Origin: a virus
Direction: 5' to 3' (one strand)
Virus record (IMG/VR): IMGVR_UViG_3300045988_170943
Span: 1 to 64,000 of that record
DNA: 64,000 nt
Shown here: piece after piece, positions 19,561 through 29,446 of the stretch
Layout: each line of letters starts with the position of its first letter
How positions within the stretch are numbered: position 1 is the first letter of the stretch
Notes under the pieces: generated by a model
What the model saw: only the letters and a program-made list of their open reading frames with translations
What the model was told of the DNA's origin: nothing
Databases searched by the model: none
Position numbers and translations under genes: made by a program

Positions 19561-19757
19561 CGACAGTAGGTCGGCGGCCAGAGCGGGTGTGGCAACAGCA
19601 GGGGTCTGGCACGTGGCGATAGCATCAAGCAATGAGGCAGGTATCACACCACCCTGGGTTGACAGCAGTGGCACAACCTCCTTAACCTGGAGTGTTCACG
19701 ACCAATCAAGCACCCACGCAAGCAAGTAGCAGGGCACAGACCACAGGAAGAGGCATC

Positions 19758-20159
19758 ATGAGTGACGACAACAAGGTCACAGCGAAGTGGAAGTTCAACT
19801 GGGACGACGAGGACAAGGCCAAGAACATGCTGGTCGGCCGGAAGATCATCAACGTCGAGAAGGTAGACGAATTCAGGGCCGACCTGGCTCTGGATGACGG
19901 CACAAAGGTCGCTATCACCGGCAACATGGGATCGTGCTGCTCGAACGGTGACGTCACTATCGAGAAGTTGTATGAGGGTGAGGTCACGGGCCGTATCATG
20001 GGCATGAACGTGGTTGACAGGGAGATCGAGTACCGGGACAACCGGATCACCTTGTTCATCATGGTTGAGGGCTCAGACCTGGCCCTGGTTGAGTTCGCTG
20101 GCGACGAGGGGTGGGCGTCGTGCTACGGGTATGGCTTCACCGTCTCTGTGATCGAGTGA
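19758..20159 (+). CDS. hypothetical protein (133 aa)
   Basis: Internal ATG of ORF 19692..20159 with RBS GGAAGAGG. Confidence 0.5.
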   Translation: MSDDNKVTAKWKFNWDDEDKAKNMLVGRKIINVEKVDEFRADLALDDGTKVAITGNMGSCCSNGDVTIEKLYEGEVTGRIMGMNVVDREIEYRDNRITLFIMVEGSDLALVEFAGDEGWASCYGYGFTVSVIE

Positions 20160-20377
20160 GGTACACGCCCCTCTGAGTATGGCTTCACTATTCTGGTCCG
20201 CGTCACCATGCTGTGTTTCTTGGTGAAGTGAACCTTTGCTGTGCTGGGTTCGTTGAGGGTGGTTGGGTAGCAGGGGTCGAACCAAAAACCAGGTGCTTGA
20301 TGTGCTTGTGATCTTCCCTTGCTTCTGCTATCATTAGGTCGTTTAGTTATTGGCCTGATTCTGAGGGAGGCGAAGGG

Positions 20378-20734
20378 ATGCTTCTGACTGCTGTACCCCT
20401 AAGTTGGGGACGAACTGGGGTTCTGGGCTCGGTGCGGAAGGTTGCCCGAGTGAGACCAAACGAGATCGAGTCCTATCAGGAGTTCATCTCCCTGGCTGAG
20501 GCGGCCCTGGAGGCACATGGCCTGTCCCCCGTGTCCACCGGGTTCTTCACCAACGAGGGTGAGACCCTGATTGCACAGGTCATGCTAGGGAGGGTCGGGC
20601 ACACCCTGACCTCACTGGGGGTGCTGGTGCGAGCCAGAGGGTACCCTGTGCGGGCGTTCACTTTCCAGGCCAGTCGGAGTGACGCGCGTGCCGTGGTGGC
20701 CGACCTGGGGGATCACCTGAACCGGATCAAGTAA
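20378..20734 (+). CDS. hypothetical protein (118 aa)
   Basis: RBS GAGGGAGG before the ATG. Confidence 0.45.
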   Translation: MLLTAVPLSWGRTGVLGSVRKVARVRPNEIESYQEFISLAEAALEAHGLSPVSTGFFTNEGETLIAQVMLGRVGHTLTSLGVLVRARGYPVRAFTFQASRSDARAVVADLGDHLNRIK

Positions 20735-20934
20735 GGGAGATGAGGCAGAGGCCGAATTGGTACGAACGCGAGTCTATTTCACCCTTGCCGCAGTGTGATT
20801 CCTGTCAGTGTTTCCAATCATATTTTTGTGTCAGATATATAAAGGCGGAAGGCGACACACCCATGACCTGAACTAGTCAGACAGGACACGGGGCATGCGG
20901 CACCACACGGACACACCCCTCACTTGGAAGGGAC

Positions 20935-21501
20935 ATGAGGTTGAGTAAAACAGACGAGCAGCAGTATGTGGACGACGAGTACCTGGAGGCCCTGGCCGAG
21001 GAGGAAGACACCGGCGTCAACCACAACCACCAGCACAATGAGGAGGGTTACAGCACAGGGACCCAGGATGAGGGCGGATACCTTGAAGGCGACGGGGACG
21101 GCCACTGGATGCCAGAGAAAACCACCCCAGTGTCACCAAAGCACGACACAAGTATACTGGCAGCGACTCAGGGACTCACACTGGCCGTCCAGGACGTAGC
21201 AGACTCCTGCACCGGTGACGTCAAGGTGCGGATCTCCTACCTGACCGGCGGGGAGAACGATGGCACAGACCCAGTAAGAGGGTACGAGATCACCACCCCC
21301 ATGACCTACCTGTCGATCATGTCTATCGCTGAGTCCACTGGCCTGACGACAGCGAAGGTGTACGTGTCCTACCGCCGCCCCGTATCCCCCGGCAACTACC
21401 AGTTCAGCGACTACAAGTTCTCGGGGACGCACCCACTGTCGCCGTCCGGGTTCGTAACCGCCACATCAGCCACAGAAATAGCGAAGATGGTGTACTACTG
21501 A
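20935..21501 (+). CDS. hypothetical acidic protein (188 aa)
   Basis: ORF track entry with RBS GGAAGGGA. Confidence 0.5.
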   Translation: MRLSKTDEQQYVDDEYLEALAEEEDTGVNHNHQHNEEGYSTGTQDEGGYLEGDGDGHWMPEKTTPVSPKHDTSILAATQGLTLAVQDVADSCTGDVKVRISYLTGGENDGTDPVRGYEITTPMTYLSIMSIAESTGLTTAKVYVSYRRPVSPGNYQFSDYKFSGTHPLSPSGFVTATSATEIAKMVYY

Positions 21502-21801
21502 CCCTCTCATGAACGTCTAAAGCGCATATGGCCGCTGGGGCTCTGACGTCCTGGCGGCCATATTTGCTGCAACCCACCGCCCCTCTGCCGGTTTCTCTTT
21601 TGGGTGTCAGGCCGCAGTAGTGCGCACCACTAGACGACTTCCCTTGTGCTGGTGTATGATCCAAGACGGCAGTAGTGCACCCATCGTTGCGGACGCACGC
21701 CGCAAGCGAGGACAGAAAAGGGTCGAAAGAGGGGGTCAGTGAACATATTCTGGAAGACCTTGCGTCGAGTTGAAGTATCTGGTGTTCGAGGTGGTTGAGA
21801 C

Positions 21802-22494
21802 GTGCTGACGCAAACAGGCGACGAGAAGAACGACTCAGGTGACCCAGAGGGCGCCCTCAATCTCATGTATGATGACACCTACCTAAACTTGATACGGGCA
21901 ATGCGTGAGGACAACAGGGCGCGTAAGCGTTTCATTACCGCGGTCTGTGCCATCGAGTCAAAGGGCGTGACGGATCAGAGACGCATCCGTGAGGTGATCC
22001 ACGCCAGGGCCCGCACCCAAAGCAACAACCGAAACGGTACCCCTACCCCGTTCGTCTTCGAGAGGGTCGTGCGACTGATCGCCAAGGATGAGCCCATCCT
22101 GTGGCTGATGCGGGACGCCACCGGCAGCGTGTACCAGATGATCATGGATACGCACAGGAGGATGTTGCAAGGGCTCACGGGTTGGCTGGTGTCCATCATC
22201 ATGCTCAACTGGGCCGTGGATCTGGTACTAGGTGACGGCAAGGTGACACCGGACCGCCTGTCCTATGAAGCAACAGTCGGCTGGCAGGACTGGTTGGACA
22301 GCACCCAGTGGGGGAACCACTTAGGGTGGGACAGTCGCATACATGGCGACCCGACTCCGGAGCGCGTCTCCTGTCGGCTACTCACCCATGTGGGAGTTCC
22401 CGAGCACGTTGCGCCCGCCATGGCCCGCTGCGGCGACTTGCATGCCATCTTAGGGTCCATGATAGAGTCAGCCATGACCGCAGCAGGCCAGTGA
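21802..22494 (+). CDS. hypothetical protein; member of the C-terminal-motif family (VSCRLLTHVGVPEHV)
   Basis: Shares the C-terminal motif with 22507..23604 and 23880..25154. Confidence 0.5.
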   Translation: MLTQTGDEKNDSGDPEGALNLMYDDTYLNLIRAMREDNRARKRFITAVCAIESKGVTDQRRIREVIHARARTQSNNRNGTPTPFVFERVVRLIAKDEPILWLMRDATGSVYQMIMDTHRRMLQGLTGWLVSIIMLNWAVDLVLGDGKVTPDRLSYEATVGWQDWLDSTQWGNHLGWDSRIHGDPTPERVSCRLLTHVGVPEHVAPAMARCGDLHAILGSMIESAMTAAGQ

Positions 22495-22506
22495 GAGGTT
22501 TAGGTT

Positions 22507-23604
22507 ATGGCGTTGGCGTTTGAGGCGGCCTGTGACCCCAGGGTGGCGTGTTACAGATTGCGGAAGTTCACTGGGGGTGAGGGCTGGGGTAGCAGTATCG
22601 ACACTCAGGAGCGCGGGGAGGGTAGCAGCCCGTTCTTCTTCGACTACAAGGGGCGGAGAATCTGGTTCTGTTACGCTAGGGTGGACGGTGAGCCCACGTA
22701 CCGGGTCCTGCCTGCACGCCCCCATGAGCCGATGGTGGAGGCCCGCTTCCACTGGGCCGGGGGCGCAACTATCGTCTGCCACCTGGGCAACTCTACGCTC
22801 ACAATTGACCTGGTGGATGGTGTGAGTTTCTGCCCACAACTGGACCCTGACCCGAAGATGATCGAGGCCGTGTTCTTCACCATGCTCAGGCTCCTGTTCC
22901 TTGGTCGTGAGATCAACCGGAGGCACAGTGGTCTGCAACGAGATATGCGCATGTGCACCACCCCAGCGAACATCCATGCAGAACACACCATGCTGGTTGA
23001 CGAGACCAATGTGACCGCCTCCATCCTGTTCGCAGTGGACAGTGAGATCGCCCCAGACGCAATCAGGCTCGGCGGCAGGAACGCGATCAGGCACCTGTAC
23101 ACAGGGAACTATGATGACATGGTGCCAGCACACAGGCAGGCCCAGGGCGACTACAGCAGGGATCTGGAGCGTCTGGCGTCATTGAACCGCAGTGACCCGT
23201 TGCGAATTCGCCGAGTTGTGAAATGGGTGCGAAGTGAGTACACACGCAACTATGGCCTGTACTTTATCCACCTGAGAGGGTTGGCGTCACGGCTCATACA
23301 CAACCAGCCTTCAGTGAGTTGGCTGGTATCAGAAGCCACAGGCCCCGTGTGCGAGGAGGTGCTGCGAGCCGGTTCAACCAAAAGTAGCGCCCTACCTGTC
23401 GCGGACCAGATACCTGCTATCCTGTTGCGCCAGGCGTTTCACCTCGTGCCTGAGTGGCGCAAGCCAGATAAGAACAGGTCAGGGTACAGCCTGTGCGATC
23501 TAGAGGGCAGGGCTAGGAAGGTCCTTTGGGGTGACGAGGGTGACTGGATGATCAAAATAGAGAAGATCTCTTGTCGGTTGCTCACCTACCTTGGGGTGCC
23601 ATAG
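22507..23604 (+). CDS. hypothetical protein; C-terminal-motif family (ISCRLLTYLGVP at the extreme C-terminus)
   Basis: Its central region (ASILFAVDSEIAPDAIRLGG...YTGNYDDM) is paralogous to 23880..25154. Confidence 0.55.
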   Translation: MALAFEAACDPRVACYRLRKFTGGEGWGSSIDTQERGEGSSPFFFDYKGRRIWFCYARVDGEPTYRVLPARPHEPMVEARFHWAGGATIVCHLGNSTLTIDLVDGVSFCPQLDPDPKMIEAVFFTMLRLLFLGREINRRHSGLQRDMRMCTTPANIHAEHTMLVDETNVTASILFAVDSEIAPDAIRLGGRNAIRHLYTGNYDDMVPAHRQAQGDYSRDLERLASLNRSDPLRIRRVVKWVRSEYTRNYGLYFIHLRGLASRLIHNQPSVSWLVSEATGPVCEEVLRAGSTKSSALPVADQIPAILLRQAFHLVPEWRKPDKNRSGYSLCDLEGRARKVLWGDEGDWMIKIEKISCRLLTYLGVP

Positions 23605-23788
23605 GGTACTGCCCGCACCATCAGTGTCTCGGATGACCTGTGCCCGGTACTTTCTGCGGTCATTGAGGCCAGCCGGTAGATGAGAGGCGGGCCCAGAGGG
23701 GTGAGGGCGCACAGGTCCAGGGTGTCATGTACCTGGCCGGGAGGGGCGTGATGGGCCGTGCAACACCAGCCAGGACCCCTCTACATCT

Positions 23789-23835
23789 GTTGATAACCCT
23801 TGGCGTCATATGGTATCATCAGCACCCAAACACAC
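23789..23835 (+). promoter_or_regulatory. possible promoter with cassette-like leader (TTGATA ... TATGGTATCATCAGCAC)
   Basis: The leader resembles the TATGGTTGAGTCATCAGCC element. It lies inside the junk N-terminus of track ORF 23727, which supports a true start at 23880. Confidence 0.3.
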
Positions 23836-23879
23836 CCACCAGCACCTTATCCGAATCGCCCGAAAGGACGGGGAGCCGC

Positions 23880-25154
23880 ATGTTCGAAGACAAGATGTAC
23901 GAGGCAGCCAGCCGCCCACACGGACTCGTCTCCAGCATGCCAGCAGAGTGGACGTACATGGCAGACTCACCTACTCGGGACCCGGAAATAGCGGACAAGG
24001 ATCCAGAGGAGACACTGGGGCACATCGGATACCTGTCCTACAACCGGGACACGCCCAACGAGATCCTGTTCCGCATAGACGTGGAAGACAATGAGGTCAC
24101 CTATAACACTCGCCTCGACCAGACGTCAGCCGTGTCCATCACCTTTCGTCGCGGGGAGGATGCCCCTATCAGCATCAGATGCGGGCTCACTAGATCCACC
24201 ATCGACGTCACCATAGTCCAACTTCCTCTCGCCACGGAGGACGTCTGCAATTATGTTGCCCGCCGTGTAGTCGCGTTAGCGGTCATGCTGTACCTCATGG
24301 GTGTGGAAGCGGACGCGAACCACCTGCACCAGCAGCGAGACATGAGCATTGAGGTTCCCGCGAAATACGTGCCAACTGGACCCAAGGGCGACATCATTGT
24401 GGACTGGCAGAGGGCCGCAACCATCCTGTTCTGCTGCGACTCAGGTGTCACCCCTGAAGTTGTCCGAACAGCAGAGGACCCTATCAGCCTCCTCTACGAA
24501 GGCGGATACGGCGACCTATCCAACATCATGGACGACTCAACCTCCGAGATGATCACAGTAGCGAAGAACGACCTCAAGGGTTTATCCTGTTTCGAGGGCG
24601 ATCAGCCGTGGCGGATGCGAACATTTATCAAGGCGGGAACCCAGTGCGTCACCAATCGTGACACGTGGAGCCTGAGATCCTTGTGGCCCGCCGCGACCCG
24701 CATATACATGGATTTTTACTTGCAATGGATGATAGCGAACGGACCGGATGGCATCTACAACCGGATCGCAGAAGACCTCACATCGCAGTGGCTCAAGTTT
24801 TTTTCGCCCCACGATATCCCGCCGTCTGAGAAGACAGCACTGATACTCACCTACCATGCTGCGTCCGCGGCCCTGACCGGGGCCATGATGGCAGCAGAGG
24901 AAGTGAGTGAGCGACTGGACGCCAGCAGCACGCCCCACCCGGTCGGAGGATGGGATGATCGGGCATCCTGGGTTTACAGCAGCGACGGCAGCCTGATCAC
25001 TACATCGCACGCAGCCTGTCAACTACTCACCCACCTTGGGGTGCCGGAAGATGTAAGCCGGTCCCTACTGTCACCAGACGCAGTGTGTGAGACCCTGTGT
25101 GCAATCATCCAGGACACCATACAGCCAGGTGGTGGGGAGGAAAACTGCGGATAG
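23880..25154 (+). CDS. hypothetical protein (424 aa); C-terminal-motif family (ACQLLTHLGVPEDV)
   Basis: Internal ATG (52nd codon of ORF 23727..25154) with RBS GGACGGGGAG. Paralogous to 22507..23604. Confidence 0.5.
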   Translation: MFEDKMYEAASRPHGLVSSMPAEWTYMADSPTRDPEIADKDPEETLGHIGYLSYNRDTPNEILFRIDVEDNEVTYNTRLDQTSAVSITFRRGEDAPISIRCGLTRSTIDVTIVQLPLATEDVCNYVARRVVALAVMLYLMGVEADANHLHQQRDMSIEVPAKYVPTGPKGDIIVDWQRAATILFCCDSGVTPEVVRTAEDPISLLYEGGYGDLSNIMDDSTSEMITVAKNDLKGLSCFEGDQPWRMRTFIKAGTQCVTNRDTWSLRSLWPAATRIYMDFYLQWMIANGPDGIYNRIAEDLTSQWLKFFSPHDIPPSEKTALILTYHAASAALTGAMMAAEEVSERLDASSTPHPVGGWDDRASWVYSSDGSLITTSHAACQLLTHLGVPEDVSRSLLSPDAVCETLCAIIQDTIQPGGGEENCG

Positions 25155-25412
25155 CAGTAATCGCCGCGTCTCCTAGGTGAGAGCAGGCATTGATCCCCTG
25201 GAAGTGACGCCCTGTTCGACCTGGCGAGGAGGGCATGCGAGATACGAGTTCCTTAATGGGTACGTCACTCATGCCGGGCGTCACTGCCCGTTTCAATTGA
25301 CGAAAAACGGCAATCACCAGAGAGAGGGTAGCGCAACCACCCTTCCCTGTGGCGCCATGATTCCTGCTGACCACTAATGTCGAACAGGACTGGCATCGTA
25401 GTCAACAGGTCG

Positions 25413-26024
25413 TCAATCGCGTTTCACCTTCTTCTTGCCGACACGGAACCGGCGATCTCTTCGCTCAAGAGTAACAACGCCAAGAGTGTTATTCCAGGAC
25501 TTGTTGGCCTTCACCACACGGATCCCCCCGTTACGCTTGATAGCCCAGATAAACATCTCAAGTGCTCGCTCAAACCCCACGATCCTAGAAACTTTGACAG
25601 CATCACTGTGGTACCACCCAATAACCTCCTTCATTCCCTTGACTCCACGAATGTATGCATCGCACCCTAGAATGAGGTCCTCTGTGGCTTCGCTAATCTT
25701 GTCAAGTCTCTTACGAGTAATTCTTCCTAGCACCCCGAACCGGATGTCACGAATCCACTCACCTTCGTGTTCATCGTACTTGAAGATGAAAAAGTCATCA
25801 TCGCAGCCAGCAAGAACGATCAGGGAAAGATCGCCGGTCAACAACTGGACGCTATCGGTGAACTCATCATTGAAAATATTCGTCGCGGGAAGAATGCACA
25901 TCGCCTTTACTGGAGAGATCTTGCTTATAGCGGCAATGACCTCATTGGGCGTCCTAGCCTCAACGACAGCCTTAACGTTCTTGTCAGTCTCAGCAAGAAA
26001 CTCAGTGGCAAAATGATCCAGCAT
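25413..26024 (-). CDS. hypothetical protein (203 aa); paralog of 41258..41890
   Basis: Shares RALEMFIWAI...RRFRVG with KALEMFSFCI...RRYRVG of the plus-strand gene. Chosen over the antisense ORF 25435..26016. Confidence 0.5.
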   Translation of the reverse strand: MLDHFATEFLAETDKNVKAVVEARTPNEVIAAISKISPVKAMCILPATNIFNDEFTDSVQLLTGDLSLIVLAGCDDDFFIFKYDEHEGEWIRDIRFGVLGRITRKRLDKISEATEDLILGCDAYIRGVKGMKEVIGWYHSDAVKVSRIVGFERALEMFIWAIKRNGGIRVVKANKSWNNTLGVVTLERRDRRFRVGKKKVKRD

Positions 26025-26194
26025 TGGGACTCTCCTCTTGTTTTGACATCATAACCTCTCACTCTAGAGTAAACTTGATACGCCAAGTATACTATGAAAT
26101 GAGAACTAGCGCAACCCTTAACCAAATGGAGTAGGTCACCCCAGGGTTAGGTAAGTTACAAGGGGGATGAGAGCGGGGGAAGGCTTTGTGTCTG

Positions 26195-26632
26195 TTAGAA
26201 GTCGGCGTCACTGTCCTTGTACTCCTGGTGGCGGCGGGAAATGTAGTCGCGGATCAACGCCTGGTCCTCAACCCCGTAGAAGAAGTCAATACCATCGAAG
26301 TTGACCTCTCCTCGATTACTTCGGATGACATTCACGGACCAGACCTCATCGTCGGTCGCGTCGCTGGTGGCCCACAGGCATGTCAGGCAGGCGTCATCCT
26401 TCCGGTCCAGTACGATAGCCGGAGTGAACAAGGGAACGTCCTCGATAGACGAGTAGACCTTGATGGTCCGGTCAGCCTCCCGAATACAGACGGGCTCACC
26501 GGTCGTGATGAAATCGCACACGCTCATTAGAGTGTGCTGGGCTCGGCTTGATGCGTCAGACTGGGCGTTAGATGCCCTCAGGATCTCTGCCTGATCTGCT
26601 GGCGTCATGTCCATCCAGTGCTTGCGTGGCAT
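26195..26632 (-). CDS. hypothetical protein (about 146 aa)
   Basis: The start MPRKHWMDM lies directly after the stop of the upstream gene, separated by 2 nt, which suggests coupling. Confidence 0.45.
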   Translation of the reverse strand: MPRKHWMDMTPADQAEILRASNAQSDASSRAQHTLMSVCDFITTGEPVCIREADRTIKVYSSIEDVPLFTPAIVLDRKDDACLTCLWATSDATDDEVWSVNVIRSNRGEVNFDGIDFFYGVEDQALIRDYISRRHQEYKDSDADF

Positions 26633-26634
26633 GT

Positions 26635-26940
26635 TCACTCTTCCTCCAGGTCGTCGTTGGTGTTGGTTTCTGCTGCCATGTGCTCCAGGATGTTTCCCGC
26701 GCATGTCAGCAGGTCATAGTCGTGGTCTCGGTGCATTCGCCCCACCTCCACTGCGACCCAGTATAGTGAGGATGCGGCTTTTTCGTGGGCGAGACTCTTG
26801 TTGTCCGAGTGCTCGCCATAGGTCCCGTTGACCTCCTCCGCGCACGCCAGCAGGTCCGCGGACACCTCGCCCACAACATTGGGGGAGAGTTCCTTGATGG
26901 CCTCAATGGTCTGGGGCATGAACAGGGAGGTGCTGGTCAT
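26635..26940 (-). CDS. hypothetical acidic protein (101 aa)
   Basis: ORF track entry; first gene of a three-gene minus operon. Confidence 0.45.
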   Translation of the reverse strand: MTSTSLFMPQTIEAIKELSPNVVGEVSADLLACAEEVNGTYGEHSDNKSLAHEKAASSLYWVAVEVGRMHRDHDYDLLTCAGNILEHMAAETNTNDDLEEE

Positions 26941-27366
26941 GGTCGATGTTCTTTCTTGTGCTCGCTAGGGGCTGTCGCACCAGCCTAGGCGGAGAGGTGG
27001 TCCTCCTTTTGCTGGTGTGGCTTAGCCCTTGTGTAAGACAGTGATACCACGCGCCTGTCTGGGGCTGCAACTACTGTCCCCTGTATGGTAGCGTGATGCT
27101 GGCCACAGTGCTTGGTTGCGTGTGATTAACGAACGCCACCTAAAGCGTTTGCGTCGCATGGTCTTCCTGGTGCCCCAATAAGGTCATTGCCTGGTTCAGA
27201 GGGGCCGCATCCAAGCCCCGCCCTATAGGGATTGGTGGTTAGAAAACCCATTACTGGGGCGGATTCATGGGCACCCAAGTCAGGTTTCCACCCACCGGGA
27301 CCACAGGAACAGTTTCAAGAGTGTATCCATAGCCACCAGTAAAGGGCGAGAAGGAGACGAGCAGCA

Positions 27367-27630
27367 ATGGCAAACAGGGCCAGCAGGCACAGCATGACGA
27401 AGTGGCACCCACGTAAGAGCGACGGCAAGGCAGTCAGGTGCGAGGCCGATGTCAGGAAGTGCCCAAGAACCAAGGAGGGTGAGGTGCACGTATACGCCAA
27501 CACCCCAGGTGAGGCCCAACGAAAGATCGACACCATCAAAGCCGAGTACGCCGGGGAAGGACTGTTCGCCACAGCATCCACCAGCAACCCCAGCACCACT
27601 GTCACCCCCCCCCAACACCAATTCTGGTGA
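27367..27630 (+). CDS. N-terminal ORF (87 aa, basic, CxxxxxC) ending at a C9 homopolymer; possibly fused by a frameshift to the kinase ORF
   Basis: RBS GAGAAGGAGACGAG before the ATG. A run of nine C at about 27603..27611 lies where it overlaps the +1 frame ORF 27449..28642. Confidence 0.4.
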   Translation: MANRASRHSMTKWHPRKSDGKAVRCEADVRKCPRTKEGEVHVYANTPGEAQRKIDTIKAEYAGEGLFATASTSNPSTTVTPPQHQFW

Positions 27631-28642
27631 CACTAAGCCACCAGCCCCTACCCCTGGCGGTGCCGCACCCAGTGGACGTGACAACACGCCTCCACCGGAG
27701 AACGACAACGACACCCAGGCGAGGAAAGCGTGGGAGCAGATGTCCCTCGTTGAGCAGGGCCGCGAGTGCGAACGCATCCTGAACGAGGCCATACGAAACC
27801 GCCAACCAATCGGCGGGCTAGACCTGTCACTACGTCAACAGTACGCCGAGCGCGCCCTGTCCCAGGCGATACGAGACGGCAAGATCACCAGCAAAATCTA
27901 CGCATCCAGTGAGGTCCCCGGCATGGAGTACACGAAGGAGCGGCACCTGGCGCAGCAGGAGATCATTGAGGACGTGCTCAAGGCCCACGACAAGGTACCC
28001 CGCGAAGGGAAAGCGGTCCTGTCCGGCGGAATGGGTGGAGCAGGCAAAACCACCGTCCTCACCCGATACCTCGGCATGGACACCAGCCAATACATCACCA
28101 TCAACCCAGACGACATCAAAGAGATCATGGCAGAAAGAGGCATGATCCCAACCTTGCGTGGCCTCACCCCCATGGAGTGCTCCACCCTCGCCCACCAGGA
28201 AGCCTCCTACATCTCCAGCCTCATCATGAAACGCGCCATCGCCGAGAAAAGAAACATCATCCTGGACGGCACCATGGCCAGCATGAAGTCCATGAGACGC
28301 AGAACCGGGCAACTTCGAGACGGCGGCTACCACCTGAGTGCCGTGTTCGTTGACATCACCCCAGAAACCTCCCAGAAGCGGGCCACATCCAGGTACCAGA
28401 GAGGCATGAGCAAATACACGACCTCAGGGGAGGGGAACGGTGGCCGTATCCTCCCCGCATCCGTCAACCAGAGCAACACGCCAGAGGACCCGACACGGTT
28501 CAGGTCACGCAGCGCAGAGAACCTGGCGGCCCTGTACGAGGACGGCACCATACCCAGCACCCCGGTCGTCTACAACAACGACGGAGACGCCCCACAGCCC
28601 GTAGCATACGACGACTTCGTTGGTAGGGTTGAGTATAAGTGA
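27449..28642 (+). CDS. P-loop kinase, zeta-toxin-like or AAA_33-like (Walker A GGMGGAGKTT); Pro-rich N-terminal region
   Basis: Walker A sequence VLSGGMGGAGKTTVL, followed by ILDGTMAS, fits the zeta-toxin and polynucleotide-kinase-like P-loop family. The N-terminal 80 aa in this frame are low-complexity, so the true N-terminus may come from ORF 27367 through the C9 tract. Confidence 0.55.
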   Translation: MSGSAQEPRRVRCTYTPTPQVRPNERSTPSKPSTPGKDCSPQHPPATPAPLSPPPNTNSGDTKPPAPTPGGAAPSGRDNTPPPENDNDTQARKAWEQMSLVEQGRECERILNEAIRNRQPIGGLDLSLRQQYAERALSQAIRDGKITSKIYASSEVPGMEYTKERHLAQQEIIEDVLKAHDKVPREGKAVLSGGMGGAGKTTVLTRYLGMDTSQYITINPDDIKEIMAERGMIPTLRGLTPMECSTLAHQEASYISSLIMKRAIAEKRNIILDGTMASMKSMRRRTGQLRDGGYHLSAVFVDITPETSQKRATSRYQRGMSKYTTSGEGNGGRILPASVNQSNTPEDPTRFRSRSAENLAALYEDGTIPSTPVVYNNDGDAPQPVAYDDFVGRVEYK

Positions 28643-28772
28643 CCATAATCACTAGCCTGCTACTGTCGCCACTACACCCGACTGTGTTACCTTGACCCCA
28701 CAGGTGGGTATAGACACCACACCACCCATCCCTACCTTATTCACTAACAACACGCAAAATGAGGAGGTCAAC

Positions 28773-29060
28773 ATGGCGAATACGCTAGTTGACATCTACA
28801 ACGACTATGTTGCCGACCCCACCAAGGACCAGGGCGCCTACATTCGGCGTATCCAGTCCATCCCCGACGAGGACGTGCCCACTATCTCATATGACCGGGA
28901 CGGGATGGTCCTGGACGGGGGCCTGGACGCGAACACCACTGTGGATGTTGTCGCACTCGCCGGGCACCGCAAGGACGACCAGGATGTCCTGTACCAGTTC
29001 TTGACCATTGTCGCAACCGCGCGCCCCGACAAGCCACAGTTCGACCCCAACCTCTACTGA
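28773..29060 (+). CDS. hypothetical protein (95 aa); tandem paralog of 29079..29357
   Basis: Internal ATG with strong RBS GAGGAGG. Shares TLVDIYNDY...RIQ(S/A)IP...(S/T)YD(R/E)DG...GGLD(A/S)NT with the next gene. Confidence 0.5.
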   Translation: MANTLVDIYNDYVADPTKDQGAYIRRIQSIPDEDVPTISYDRDGMVLDGGLDANTTVDVVALAGHRKDDQDVLYQFLTIVATARPDKPQFDPNLY

Positions 29061-29078
29061 CAAAGGAGGGGTGAGGAA

Positions 29079-29357
29079 GTGGCGGCCAAAACACTAGTTG
29101 ACATCTACAACGACTACTATGAGGACGAGGACACCCCAGCACAGGTGTTCATAGCCCGCATCCAGGCGATCCCCCACAGCAACTTCCCCAGGGTCACCTA
29201 TGATGAGGACGGTCAGGAGGACGTCACGGGTGGCCTTGACAGCAACACCATCTCCACCGTGAGGGCTGTTGCTTACGCCAGCCGTGACGACAGGGATGTT
29301 TTTGACGCCTTCATGAACCTCGTTAAGGCGGCACTACCTGACCTGCCCGCCATGTGA
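29079..29357 (+). CDS. hypothetical protein (92 aa); tandem paralog
   Basis: RBS AAAGGAGGGGTGAGGAAG. Paralogous to the upstream gene. Confidence 0.5.
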   Translation: MAAKTLVDIYNDYYEDEDTPAQVFIARIQAIPHSNFPRVTYDEDGQEDVTGGLDSNTISTVRAVAYASRDDRDVFDAFMNLVKAALPDLPAM

Positions 29358-29446
29358 CCCCAGCAAAGTAGACAGTGATAGAGGGAAGAGAAGACCCACC
29401 CTGAGTAGGCTGTGCGCCTCACACAAGAGAAGAAACGACTGATGAA

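Noticed and set aside
27830-28333. 167-aa minus ORF antisense to the P-loop kinase
   Set aside because: It lies opposite a gene with a clear Walker A motif and has a Gly/His-rich junk-like translation.
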